DNA of 64,000 bases from Octopus bimaculoides (Eukaryota). This document shows, piece after piece, positions 1 through 11,759 of this stretch. Below the pieces are notes generated by a model. The model had not been told where the DNA came from and ran no database searches. It was given only the letters and a program-made list of their open reading frames with translations. Every line of letters starts with the position of its first letter. The first letter of the stretch is position 1. The stretch is taken from the NCBI RefSeq assembly GCF_001194135.2, contig NC_068986.1, positions 71,569,890 to 71,633,889 of the forward strand, read 5' to 3'. The position numbers were made by a program, and so were the translations under genes.

Positions 1-560
1 TTACCTTTCTACTTGTTTTAGAACATGGGTGAGTCCATAAAATAGGATTTGACTACACCTCCATTTAGAGCACAGTTTAAGCTATCTTTTCGTGGAAGAA
101 GGTTTATGTTCCTATAACCTGTGGTAATTCTGTAACCCTTTGAAATGGAAGATAAGAAGGTTCATTTTCGGCACTCGATGCTTTTCTTTTTCCGTAAAGG
201 GAAAAAAATGCCTCACAAGCAAGCAAAGAAATATGCGCAGTTTACGGTGATGTTTCTTTATCTGAAAGAACTGTACGGAAGTGGATCGCAAGGTTCCGAG
301 CTGGCGATTGTAGCCTTATTGATAAAGAGCGATCAGGCAGACTATCCACTACAGATGATGATCAAATCAAGTCATTAATTGAGAATAACCCACATTGAAC
401 AACCCAAGAATTGGCAGAAAGCCTCAAAATATCAAAATCCGTCGTTCATGAGCTCCTGGTAAAGCTTGGGTACACAAATCGCTAAGATGTTTGGGTACCA
501 CATGAGTTGAGTGAGAAGAACCTTTTGAAAAATCAGCACGAACTTTCCGGACAACCCAAT
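1..560 (+). mobile_element. Mariner derivative, internally deleted (N-terminal HTH and linker only); left end lies upstream of the window
   Basis: Frameshifted translation MEDKKVHFRH...KICAVYGD...SERTVRKW...RSGR...DDDQIKSLIENNPH...DVWVPHELSEKNL carries the mariner WVPHEL motif. It runs straight into a TIR-like end (aaaaatcagcacgaactttccggacaacccaat) followed by TA. Confidence 0.85.
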
Positions 561-585
561 ATATATATATAGATGTATATATTTC

Positions 586-717
586 TTTATTGCCCACAAG
601 GGGCTAAACAAAGAGGACAGGCAAAGGGATTACGTCGATTACATCGACCCCAGTGCGTGACTGGTACTTATTTAATCGACCCCGAATGGATGAAAGGCAA
701 AGTCAACCTCGGCGGAT
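586..717 (-). mobile_element. SINE family A fragment (3' tail type 1 and central domain)
   Basis: Matches the more complete copies at 7585-7820 and 42609-42818 (gtcgattacatcgaccccagtgcg..ctggtactta..atcgaccccgaa.ggatgaaaggcaaagtc). Confidence 0.85.
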
Positions 718-789
718 ATGCCCCCAGACATTATTCGCATAGGACAGTGAAAAGTAAATCTTAGTTTGATTTTTTGCAACCCTAAAGAT

Positions 790-971
790 TCAGCTCGCGC
801 ATTCAAAGCAAACAAGGTACAAGGCCAAACTTTACATCGTGTAGGTGTATCTTTACCCACTCCGATGTTTACTGTCAGTTATACGTCGCTATGAGTAGAG
901 CAACGGACTCCAGTAATTTGAAAATTATTGTCGACCAAACAGAAAATATCGTCTGCAAAGAAGTTTTGTAA
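790..971 (+). pseudogene. Helitron-type (PIF1-like) helicase C-terminal remnant
   Basis: With one frameshift it reads AFKANKVQGQTLHRVGVSLPTPMFT-QLYVAMSRATDSSNLKIIVDQTENIVCKEVL*. This fits the Helitron helicase end (NKSQGQTL..VG..L..PVFSHGQLYVALSR...NVVYKEVL). Confidence 0.8.
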
Positions 972-2120
972 TCATATTGATATTATCGAAAAGAATATGA
1001 TACATAATTTAAATAAGTAATATTTGTGAATTTTGAATGTATAAGAGTATAAACAGGCGTAAAATAGTGCAAACAACTAAAATAAAAGTATATCTAAATA
1101 GCATTTTTTTTCTTAATACTTTTTATGCAGTGGTCGAGGAAGGCTTTCGTTAGGAGTGGTCCACAAAACCATTCATGATACAGAGTCTGGGAGCCTATTT
1201 CTGTTCGGGAGTGAATCGTCATCACATGTCACTTAGTCGCAAACACATGTCATATAGTTGCAATAGAATGCTGTATCACCAACAATAATGTGATTTCTCT
1301 AAGACATCACCCAGTAATCTATCAAGTCCATTTACACATTTCTCAATACATACTGCTATTATGACTTTCCTCCCTCATTTTATGCCTCCATCGTAGATGG
1401 GTAGATATGTTAGTATGAATAATAGGCTTCCACAAAGTTTTCATGCCTACCAACTTCACTCAGCCGGTTCTATAGAAGAGATTTGAATTAAAACCGAATC
1501 CATGCATAAACTCCTGACTCCATTCAATCTCACCGTCTCCTCTCCAACAAAAAATTCTCCCTCTTCTAATTGTAACCACAATTTTCATAATTTAAAATAC
1601 ACAGCTCATTTCTAGTTCATCGGATATGATCCCATATTAATTCCGCATTTGCTCTTTGCATACCAATATAACCACCTTCAACAAATCATTCCTTCCACTT
1701 CACCGACTCTTTCGGCTGCGCCTCCAAAACCTTTAAATACTATTTTCTGAACAGATAGGCCGGATATTAGTCGACTGATTGACAGAACATCTGGGGGCTA
1801 TCCGAATCTCCAATTTCTTCTGTCCCATGCCATTTGTCTTCCATCCTCTGCCCCATGCCATTTATTATCCGTGGATCATATTAACAGGAGCCTCTTTATT
1901 TTTAGTTTTGATTTGAACGCTAGAAACACTAGCTCTTGCCTGCGGAGAGGAGACCAACTATCTTGGAATTTTTGCATTCCCTTTCTCATTTTCTGTTAAG
2001 CGTTCTTTCTCTACATATACTTCATTCGAAATATTACGTATATTCACATTCACCACTGCATTCCACAGTCATGCAAACGCATCTACTATCCACATTTGAA
2101 ACAATTACCCACATACTATA

Positions 2121-2332
2121 CAGGGTGTCCACAAAGTCGGGGTACATGACGATTAACACATACTTTCAGAAATTGTTATTTCTTATATTTAATTTTTTAT
2201 GTTATGATTTTATTTACTTCATGTACTCACATGGGGATTAACACATATTTTAAGAAATTATTATTTCTTATATTTAATTGTTTACGTTATGATTTTATTT
2301 ACTCCAAGTACCCAGTCTTTGTGGACACCCTG
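2121..2332. mobile_element. Tc1/mariner-superfamily MITE with an internal tandem duplication
   Basis: Perfect 16-bp TIR CAGGGTGTCCACAAAG (about 25 bp imperfect) with TA on both sides (2119-2120, 2333-2334). Two diverged ~80-86 bp direct units lie inside. Confidence 0.9.
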
Positions 2333-3681
2333 TATATGTGCATTAATCTCATAGGCAGACTTAGACACAAGAAACGCACGCGCATATACACACTAATGAC
2401 ACACATATCACTTGAACAAACACCTTGCTCACGCATACACATACCAATACAGAAATACGTTCGGCTATACACGAAAGACAGTTTCACATATTCCAATTGT
2501 ACAAATATGAGCATGAAATACTTACACGCTTCTATTTAAACACAAGGTACACTCAAGCACACCTGGCACACACACTTTCGAAACGAATACAAATCTGCAT
2601 ATATGAACATATAATACAACTGAATTAGACACGCATTCAACATTTAAACACACACAGGCACGGACACACACCCTCACACGCACGCACACGCACACAAACG
2701 CACACACACACAGTCACTCGCGCGCGCGCTGTTCAGAATACGCAAACTTTTACACACATGCACGCACACACAGACATACAGACACTCAAACACACATATA
2801 TGCACACACGCGTATGCACACTCCGAAATAAACAAGCATACACACAGTAGTCTCTCTCAAATACAGAGAAGTCACGTACACGCAAGCACATACACACGCA
2901 CGTGCGTATATCCTTCCATCTTACCCCTGTTTTTGTAACACTACGGTGAACACCATATTCTTCCATCACTTCTGTGCCATTTAAAAATGGCGCGTTCATA
3001 ACTCACACAAGCTTATATCCGGTTGTTTTTTCTGCTTTTGTTCTTCATCCTGCATTTCTCACTATCTGTCTTTTTTTTTCTGCGTTTCTCCTTCCGATCA
3101 AGGACTAAATAGACAGAAACTTCACAAAAACACTTCTATCTCTCCTGTTTCAAAATACAATTTTTATAATGTTGTTCGTTGGTGTTATATTGATTTAAAG
3201 TTGCACATATATGCATTTATACGTGTGTGTGTGTGTGTGTTTGCATGTATGTGTGCATATATGCATATGTGTGAGTTTGTATCAATATGCGCCAAAAGGT
3301 GCCGGTAAACATGCATATGTATGTCTAAGCATGCAGGCGCATATGAGCTTGTGAAGAAGTATGTGCATATATATGCACACACACAGACACTCACACACAC
3401 AGATATATATATACAGCACCGATGAACACAGGAATAACTGCGAAATATCAATATCTGTCGTTCTCCTGCCCCTCCGGCGCGGTTCGTTCCGCCTGACTTT
3501 GAAGTACAATGTTTTTAACATTCTATGTCTTTGAAGGGCCTACCTAGACGAAGTATCGCAGCAGAAAACCGTTTACCGACACACAAACATTAAGTTATGC
3601 GACACTGATAATTCAATGCTGCTTCTAGCACAAAATATGAATATGTATGTGTGTGTATGTGTGTGTGTTTGTGTGTGTGTA

Positions 3682-3715
<34 letters not shown>

Positions 3716-4979
3716 TGTGTGTGTGTACGTATGTATTAATATGTACTCAACTTACTATTCGTTAACAAAAATAGTGCTGACAGTGACTTCGAAGTTTCGG
3801 ACTGATTACCCTACATCGCATTTTGAGTTCATCTTAGCGTTATATAGTGTCTGTCAAATTGATTTTCTTTGGGGTAAGAGCAGACCTGTTAGATGGTGAT
3901 TAGATTGTAGGATGAGTTCTGATAGAAAGAGATTATAGAAAATTTTATTCATAAAATTTGGCGTTGTGGTTCTTGTTCAGAGTTCAGTCAAGCATGTAAA
4001 ACTGGGTAATCAGGTGTGTCTTCTAAAGCGTGTCACCTTAGGTCTTGGGGTTATATGTAGGTTAGTTGGTCCGTAGTTGTGTGACTAGGTTTAATTATTG
4101 CTGATAATGTTATATGAGTAGTGATAGGAGATTTGACCTGTTAGTTTCTGGAAGTTGAAGTTATTGGTCAGAGCTCAGTGTAGCATATAAGACGTTGTAG
4201 CTAGGTATACTTTTTTAGGTGTGTCAATCTTAAGTTGTTGAGTTTTTAATATAGAAATTTGCATAAACTTGTTCTTTACGTTTGACTAACGGTCAGAAGT
4301 AGGTAGAAAGTTTATTTGGTTAGCATATTTCTAACTAGGAATTAATTTTTCACGGTGTAATTTGGCTACTAGTTAGAAAGGCTTTAAATATTTTGTAATT
4401 GTGCATGAAATCAAATACAGGAAGTATTTATAGAAACGTAGTCCTTGAACTTTTCTTCCTCGAAAAACAAAGTTTAAATTTCCTAAATAGTAATCAAATA
4501 ATATGAAGGAAAATTAACTCTTACTTAGAAATACGCAAACCAACTGACAATTTCACCTATTTACATCTTTTTGTAATATCTAAAATACAAGATAACCAAA
4601 TTCCTATACTAAAACTCCATGACCTAAAGCTGACATTCTTAAATAGACACACTTATTTACCAAGTCTTTCATACTTGACTAAACTCTGAACAGTTACCTC
4701 CACCTTCTCAAAACAAAAGGTTAAATCATCTAAATAGTGTTCACATTACACCAATAAAATGTAAAGAAATCTGCTGATTAACTAGCCTTTTCATCTACTT
4801 ATATTCTTTTCTAAGTCCTCAAAAAACCCTTAAAAACAAACCCAAGCCTGAAGCGCAGTACGACAATGCATTATAACCCGTCTGTTGCGTGGATCAAATC
4901 GTCCACTTACTGCGATTCGTTTTAATGGCTGCAGTTGATGTTCTTCTTGTGTGGTTTTTATTCTTCAAAGCTGGCTTCC

Positions 4980-5022
<43 letters not shown>

Positions 5023-5315
5023 GAGACAGAGACAGACAACTCATCGATTGTTTAACCAGCACATTCAATAAACGATTGTTTAGTTACTTGGTTAGATACT
5101 TAACCGATCCACTAACAAATCAAAAGTTATATTGAACCAATGCGTGATTTATTATTATTATTATTGGTATAATGAACTACTCCGGACACAAGAAAATATA
5201 CACAGGTGCATAAGCACATACATATTTGTAAATACAACCCCTCCCCCACACACACGCACACACACACATGTATATGTATATATATGTGTATGTGTGATGA
5301 GCCAATATATATATA

Positions 5316-5936
5316 TTGGCTCATCCAAGGTTCATTCGTGAGACGTATCAGCAAAGAAGAGCACACATTCTCTGCGCGAGATTAGACTCGGAAAGTAAGT
5401 GAGAAACCCATCGACCCGATTTGCTGACTGTTTTGATGGCACGTAGATGTCAATGAATGGTCGAATGACCAAATCCAAGCTTCTTTACTAGTTTCTCAAC
5501 TGATATGATGGAATTTTTGTTCCACTAGAGTTTGCAGGACGTCTTCGTCGAGCTCTACAGATCTTCCAGGACAAGGCTCGTCTTCTTGGCTGTAGTTTCC
5601 GGCTCGAGATTTCTGGAACCACCGTCGACACTGGCTTAAGCTTATTGTCCGATCTCCATTTACTGCATTAACATTCCTCGCTCTTTCCATTGCATTGTTG
5701 CCTTTATTGAACTCATAAAAGAAAATATGCCGAATATAGTCCTTTGTCATTTCCATTATAGCTTTGAAAAACTGTTAAAATTGAACTGCACTCTTCAAAA
5801 TTTCTACTAAGAATAAGCAAAAGGTATAATTACTACCTGCTTTTATAGCAAGTTGATGCAGGTAGTTTATCCCGTCCCCTTCCGACTTTTAGCTCATGCA
5901 ATTGAAAAAAACAGTATTATTTATGGGATGACCCAA
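5316..5936 (-). mobile_element. Second mariner derivative (different family), internally deleted
   Basis: ORF 5496-5756 reads MEMTKDYIRHIFFYEFNKGNNA...QCRRWFQK..AGNYS.EDEP.PGR..ELDEDVL and continues to GRWVSHLLSESN (WVPHxL-like). Ends ttgggtcatcc / ttggctcatcc are each bounded by TA. Confidence 0.85.
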
Positions 5937-6507
5937 TATGTATATATATATATATNNNNNNNNNNNNNNNNNNNNNNNNNNNNNNNNNNNNNNNNNNNNN
6001 NNNNNNNNNNNNNNNNNNNNNNNNNNNNNNNNNNNNNNNNNNNNNNNNNNNNNNNNNNNNNNNNNNNNNNNNNNNNNNNNNNNNNNNNNNNNNNNNNNNN
6101 NNNNNNNNNNNNNNNNNNNNNNNNNNNNNNNNNNNNNNNNNNNNNNNNNNNNNNNNNNNNNNNNNNNNNNNNNNNNNNNNNNNNNNNNNNNNNNNNNNNN
6201 NNNNNNNNNNNNNNNNNNNNNNNNNNNNNNNNNNNNNNNNNNNNNNNNNNNNNNNNNNNNNNNNNNNNNNNNNNNNNNNNNNNTTTCATACATGAAACAA
6301 AACTCTGTTAAACTTTATATCTAACATGAGGCCCCGAGAATAGTTTTTAGAAATAATTCTCTGTTATAACAAAAGCTAACTAAACCTATAAACATAAGAA
6401 CGACTTTATAGCAGAATCTATTGCGAAACTCTGGTTTTGAGAAGCGTAATTTTCAAATTTTCAAATACATATTTTATTTGACAAAATATCAACCCATAAT
6501 TTTAACA

Positions 6508-6540
<33 letters not shown>

Positions 6541-6699
6541 TGTGTGTATGTATATGTATATGATTTATATATTTCATATATTTCTATGTGATCTGAAATT
6601 TGTTGGACGATACGCACCTTCACTTTTCACTGGATCTCTTCTTTCACGAGAATACACGCACTCACATAAACACTTGCGCCCACATGCACAGGTTTAAGT

Positions 6700-7500
6700 G
6701 GGAAAGAAAAAGGTTTGGCTTAGACAGTGGAAGGGGATGTGACTGGGTTGGGTGGAATGCTGATGAACATGCGGAGAAAAGGGGAGAGAAGGCAAAGCAG
6801 AGGGAAAGATGTGTAATTCTAAATGTGGCAGTGGGGGTACTGATCAGAAAATTGATGGGATGAATTTAAGCTAAGAGAAGAGTAAACTCTGAGAAAGAAG
6901 TTGAACTCTTGTTCTCTTAAGAATTGAAAGGTGGGAAATCCGGTTTTGGAAGCCAAGTTAAAAAAACTGGGAAATGTTAGTGCAGAAATTTTGAGAGACG
7001 AGTAACCTGTTGCCAAGTCGGATTTCTCTGCGGTTCTTCGCGGAACTGTCAGTTAGTTTGCTCGGTGTGGATCGAACTGAAGAAAACAACACTACAGCGC
7101 GTGTATGTGTTTGGTAGTGGTGTACTAGAAAGAGCGCTTTATATGGAAAGTTCAGAGTAGGATCCGGTGAGGATGTTGATGATGGAAAAGAAAGGGTAGT
7201 TATAGAAGCGGGATTGAGAACACAGAAGACATCATGATGAGGACAGAATATGAGGAGGAGAGTTCGCCGATAAGGAGGGTGTATACTTTCCAGGTGCACC
7301 TAAAGGTGACAATGTGTGGGAAAGAGAAGAAACGAGGTGTAGAGGTGTCAAGCTTCAGACATGGCAGAAAAGGCGGAAGATGGTGCGGAGACAAGTGAAA
7401 GGAAAAGGTATATAGTGAGTTGGTTATCAGACGATGACTGTAAGGGTTGAAGTCCTCTTATAGGCACGAGTGCAAAAGTTCGATTCTCATCTAGACTTGC
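6700..7500 (-). mobile_element. Penelope-like element remnant (degenerate GIY-YIG endonuclease C-terminus)
   Basis: Minus frames give KLTDSSAKNRREIRLGNRLLVSQNF (compare RLADRFAEH.RDIR.....VS.HF) and FLREQEFNFFLRVYSSLSLNS (compare R...EQ.LIF.L....P.GLN). Heavily decayed; boundaries approximate. Confidence 0.5.
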
Positions 7501-7584
7501 AACTGTATACTTGATTGCCGCCGGGTCTACATTGGCTATATTTTATGCGCGCACACACACACATACATATATACATACGCTCTT

Positions 7585-7820
7585 ATTTCTTTATTGCCCA
7601 CAGGGGTCTAAATATGGAGGGGACAAGCAAGGACAGACAAAAGGATTAAGTCGATTACATCGACCCCAGTGCGTAACTGGTACTGAATTTATCGACCCCG
7701 AAAGGATGAAAGGCAAAGGCAAAGTCAACCTCGGCGGAGTTTGAACTCAGAACGTAACGGCAGACGAAATACCGCTAAGCATTTCGCCCGGGGTGCTAAC
7801 GGTTCTGCCAGCTTTCCGCC
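7585..7820 (-). mobile_element. tRNA-derived SINE family A, near full length (tail type 1)
   Basis: Reverse complement has an A-box-like TGGCAGAACCGTT and a B-box-like GAGTTCAAACTCC. These are followed by the shared gcctttcatcctttcggggtcgata domain and the ...gcccctgtgggcaataaagaaata tail. Confidence 0.9.
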
Positions 7821-8197
7821 TCGCATACGCTCTATCATACCAACCGTCTAACGATTACATACACATTGCTCCCCATTTATTCTCACTTCTGGACATGGAT
7901 ACACTCTTATACTTGCATCTACACTGCATCCCCTTTTCCTTTCTTAACTACCTTCCACAGAACGGTATTTCCACCTGGTCTCTAACCCTTCTCCCTTTTT
8001 ATTATTTTTTAAAATCTCTCACTGACCAGTTCTCTTTCTCACTTTTCGTATACTTCACCATTTCTTCTGATGAATGAATGACATTCGAAACATTAAAAAT
8101 TTTTTTTTTATTTTCATTAAAACTTTAAATCCGTACCTTATTTGTTAAATCTTGTCCTTCTTTGTCGTCCCCTTTTATTGTTTTTTTTGTAGTTACA

Positions 8198-8239
<42 letters not shown>

Positions 8240-9613
8240 ACGCACACATACAAACACATACGCACAGTCACTCGCACTAGTGAACAGACGAAGAAATCAA
8301 ACACTCCACAATTGTAATGGGGTTTAGGTATGTGTTTTGAAATGTTCACTCAGTTTCATAAATAAATGTTTAACTGGTGTCTGCAGCTGATCACTCAGAC
8401 ACTTTAATGCAAGGAATATACTCGCATACAGCACACATACTCATGCAGATACATTCACAGGCGCATGCACAAGAGCATGCACCTACACATATATCATGTG
8501 TGAGTGTGTGTGTATGTGTGTGTATGTGTGTGTATCTATGTGTAGGTATTCAGTTTGAAATTCTATTGCTCATATTGGTAATATAAGTGTATTCTATTTT
8601 CCTCCTGTTAGATAAGAACATATATTAGAAACCCATTTTGAATTTATGATATAGTGTATAAAAATTGAATTCTATAAATAGGTAGATATATATTCAGTAG
8701 TTATCAGCTGCGGATGGAGTGAAAAGAATAGTGAAGCCAGTCTACATCTCTTTCTATTTTAAAGAAATCTATTTTATTTTCCATTCAGGCAATCGATCTC
8801 AACAGATATATTTTTGTAAAAATAAAATGTTTTGCTAAAGTTATATATTTACATTATCCTTTGCAGACAAAGCTTTTCAGAAGAAATTTTCTTCATTCTG
8901 GGTTGCAGTAGCACTAGTAGCAGCAGTAGCACCAGTAGCAGCAATAGTGGTGTTGATAGCTGCAACTGAAGCAACCATGTTGGTACTAGTAGTAAAAACA
9001 CCACCACTATCACACTACAGGAGTTTCAAATATCATTGCAACATTTATCCAATGTTAGAATAGTACTGATCAAGCTATAATAGGAATTTACCAACGCTGT
9101 TGTACATTGTCATTCGTTCATAAAATATATGAAGCTTCTTTAGGTAGACATTCTTGTAAAAATAAAATCAATAGGGAAACTAAATACGTAAATGAATTCT
9201 CTACAGACACCGTTATAGGCATATTATGTTTTTGGGTGAGAATGCACTAAAAATAATGCATCTACGTGGTTTTCCTAAGAATATTGCAAATACAAAAGAA
9301 CGAAATTATGTCAACTCAGAGTTGAACATATTTATATTACGACACAAGTCTCTATTACAACACTTTCTTAATTTTGACATTGGTTTCTTCTAGAAGTGTA
9401 GCTGTCTGAATGCTGTGCCGTTCTGAGTTCAAATTCGACTTGTATCTCAATGGCAGATAAACAGTGCACCATTTATATATTATAAGTCGATCTACTTAAA
9501 CATTCTGCTGTTATCTCAATGTAAGAAATTAATATTTGTTATAGCCACGTCATAAATAGTCAGACACGTGACCAATAGTCTTTTGGAATAATGTCCGAAG
9601 TCGCACCCAAGTT

Positions 9614-9644
<31 letters not shown>

Positions 9645-9971
9645 NNNNNNNNNNNNNNNNNNNNNNNNNNNNNNNNNNNNNNNNNNNNNNNNNNNNNNNN
9701 NNNNNNNNNNNNNNNNNNNNNNNNNNNNNNNNNNNNNNNNNNNNNNNNNNNNNNNNNNNNNNNNNNNNNNNNNNNNNNNNNNNNNNNNNNNNNNNNNNNN
9801 NNNNNNNNNNNNNNNNNNNNNNNNNNNNNNNNNNNNNNNNNNNNNNNNNNNNNNNNNNNNNNNNNNNNNNNNNNNNNNNNNNNNNNNNNNNNNNNNNNNN
9901 NNNNNNNNNNNNNNNNNNNNNNNNNNNNNNNNNNNNNNNNNNNNNNNNNNNNNNNNNNNNNNNNNNNNNNN

Positions 9972-10026
<55 letters not shown>

Positions 10027-10039
10027 TGCATATATTTGT

Positions 10040-10250
10040 GTGCGCGTGTCTGCGTTTGCCCCCACCCATCATCACTTGACAAGCGATGCAGGTGTGTTTA
10101 GGTCCCCGTAACTTAACAGCTCGGCAAAAGAAACTGATAGATTAAGTACTAGGCTTACAAGGAATAAGCCCTGGGGTCGATTTGTTTGAGTAAAATCCTT
10201 TAAGGCATTGCTCCAGCATGGCCGTAGTCAAATAACTGAAAGAGGTAAAA
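10040..10250 (+). mobile_element. SINE family B, 3' half
   Basis: Contains cacttgacaagcgatgcaggtgtgttta.gtccccgtaactta...ctccagcatggccgtagtcaaataactgaaag, the same body as 30457-30860. Confidence 0.85.
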
Positions 10251-10704
10251 TATATATATATACTGTATAGACACGCGCGCGCGCATATTATACATACGCG
10301 TATATATGTCAAGTCTCGGTTAGCTTATTGTCTCTTCATTGTCTAGTTTCTCAATGAGTCTAGGTTTGACGGTAGCCACACGGGAAGCCATAAACTGAAT
10401 TCAGGTTGTAGTGCGACATCTTCTCTGCCGATGCACTTAAATCTGGTGATCTGTAAGCGATAACTCTGCTAACGCTTAATGACGTTATTCATCTTTTACT
10501 ATTTTTATTTCCTTAATCAAGAATGATAATGTTTTTAGAATGGCTTTGTAGAAGTGTTTTGCAGTGTTGTAGAGGGTAATGGATGCTCGTAGGTGATTGA
10601 AGACGTTTGTAGCAAAATCTGTACACTTCGGCATTTGTTTCACTAACGGACTGTGTCCATCATAAGTGCGAGTGATATGGTTAATCTTGGAATCGAGTTC
10701 TTAT

Positions 10705-11680
10705 CACCATCATCATTATCCTTCGGTCATCCTATGGTTGGTCAGAACTCCATTGATAATCCCTTTCCACACTACGTGGTCCTGCATTGCTGTGTTCATA
10801 TCTCTAATATCCAGCCCTGAGTCCCGAGATATAGTATCTGGAAATGTCAATTTCCTGGCCAAAACACTTCCAGAAGGACACTATAGGAGCAGGGATGAGA
10901 TAACCTCTTTTCCTGCTCGATGACAGTGGCCAGCAAATTGTAACCGTTTCTACTTTAGCTTGAGGAATATTGGTATCTGATTTCTGTACATGTTACTAAG
11001 TACTGGGTGTGATCTCTAACAAATGTTCTGCATCTTTCTGAGCAGGTTGGGATATGTTCCTTCTAGTTGTTTTTCTAAGAGAGCCGATAAGGTTCAGGTC
11101 CCTGATCCGTGGACAAGGACAGGCTCAATCAGTGTTCTAAATATTTTAACTTTTAACGTGGTGGCCGGTTTAAGTGCTAGGTCTTATCAAGTCTGTTGCA
11201 TGCATCCCAATCAAGAGCCTTGTAGATGCGAAAGTTCTTTTGCGAGGCTACTATGTGTGATCCAAGATATTTGAATTCTTCAACGTTTTTGATTGATATG
11301 TTATTGAGCGATTTAACTTCAGTTAACTTGGAGGAGGTCGTGATAAACTCTGTCTTACTCTTGTTGCAGTAAAAGCCTACATGGCTTGCTACTTTCACCA
11401 GTGCTTGTAACTGCATCTTTAATACAATGGGACATCAAGGCAAGATCGTCAGCAAAGTCAAGATCAGTTAAATATTGTGCACAATGCCGACTGCTCTGGC
11501 GGGGTTTCAAAAGGAGTCCCTTTTTCTCCATATCGTCTTGGTCCTAGACTCTAGGGATATGCATAGAACATAGTCAAGAACAATGATGAACAAGAAAAGA
11601 GCGAGTGTATCACCTTGCAGAATACCTGCTTGAACTTCAAAGAAATCAGTCTCTCCATTAGGCAGTGGTGTTTGTGTATA
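10705..11680 (-). mobile_element. RTE-type LINE 1, 3' half (RT domains 4-7, C-terminus, (GAT)n tail)
   Basis: Reads GETDFFEVQAGILQGDTLALFLFIIVLDYVL, YLTDLDFADDLAL (FADD at 11445-11456), FKYLGSHI and ...PDTISRDSGLDIRDMNTAMQDHVVWKGIING. Tail gataatgatgatggtg abuts a TSD copy at 10695-10704. Confidence 0.9.
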
Positions 11681-11759
11681 AAATTTAAAATTTTTATGTA
11701 CTTCTACAGGCACTTCTCCATCCCCGAATTTATTTTACCCTCTTATCTCTAATTATCTT

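Noticed and set aside
5853-6324. Long ORFs containing X runs (also at 9516-10082, 35265-36091, 38055-38502, 51757-52548, 55904-56449)
   Set aside because: They are open only because of N-gaps and flanking microsatellites.
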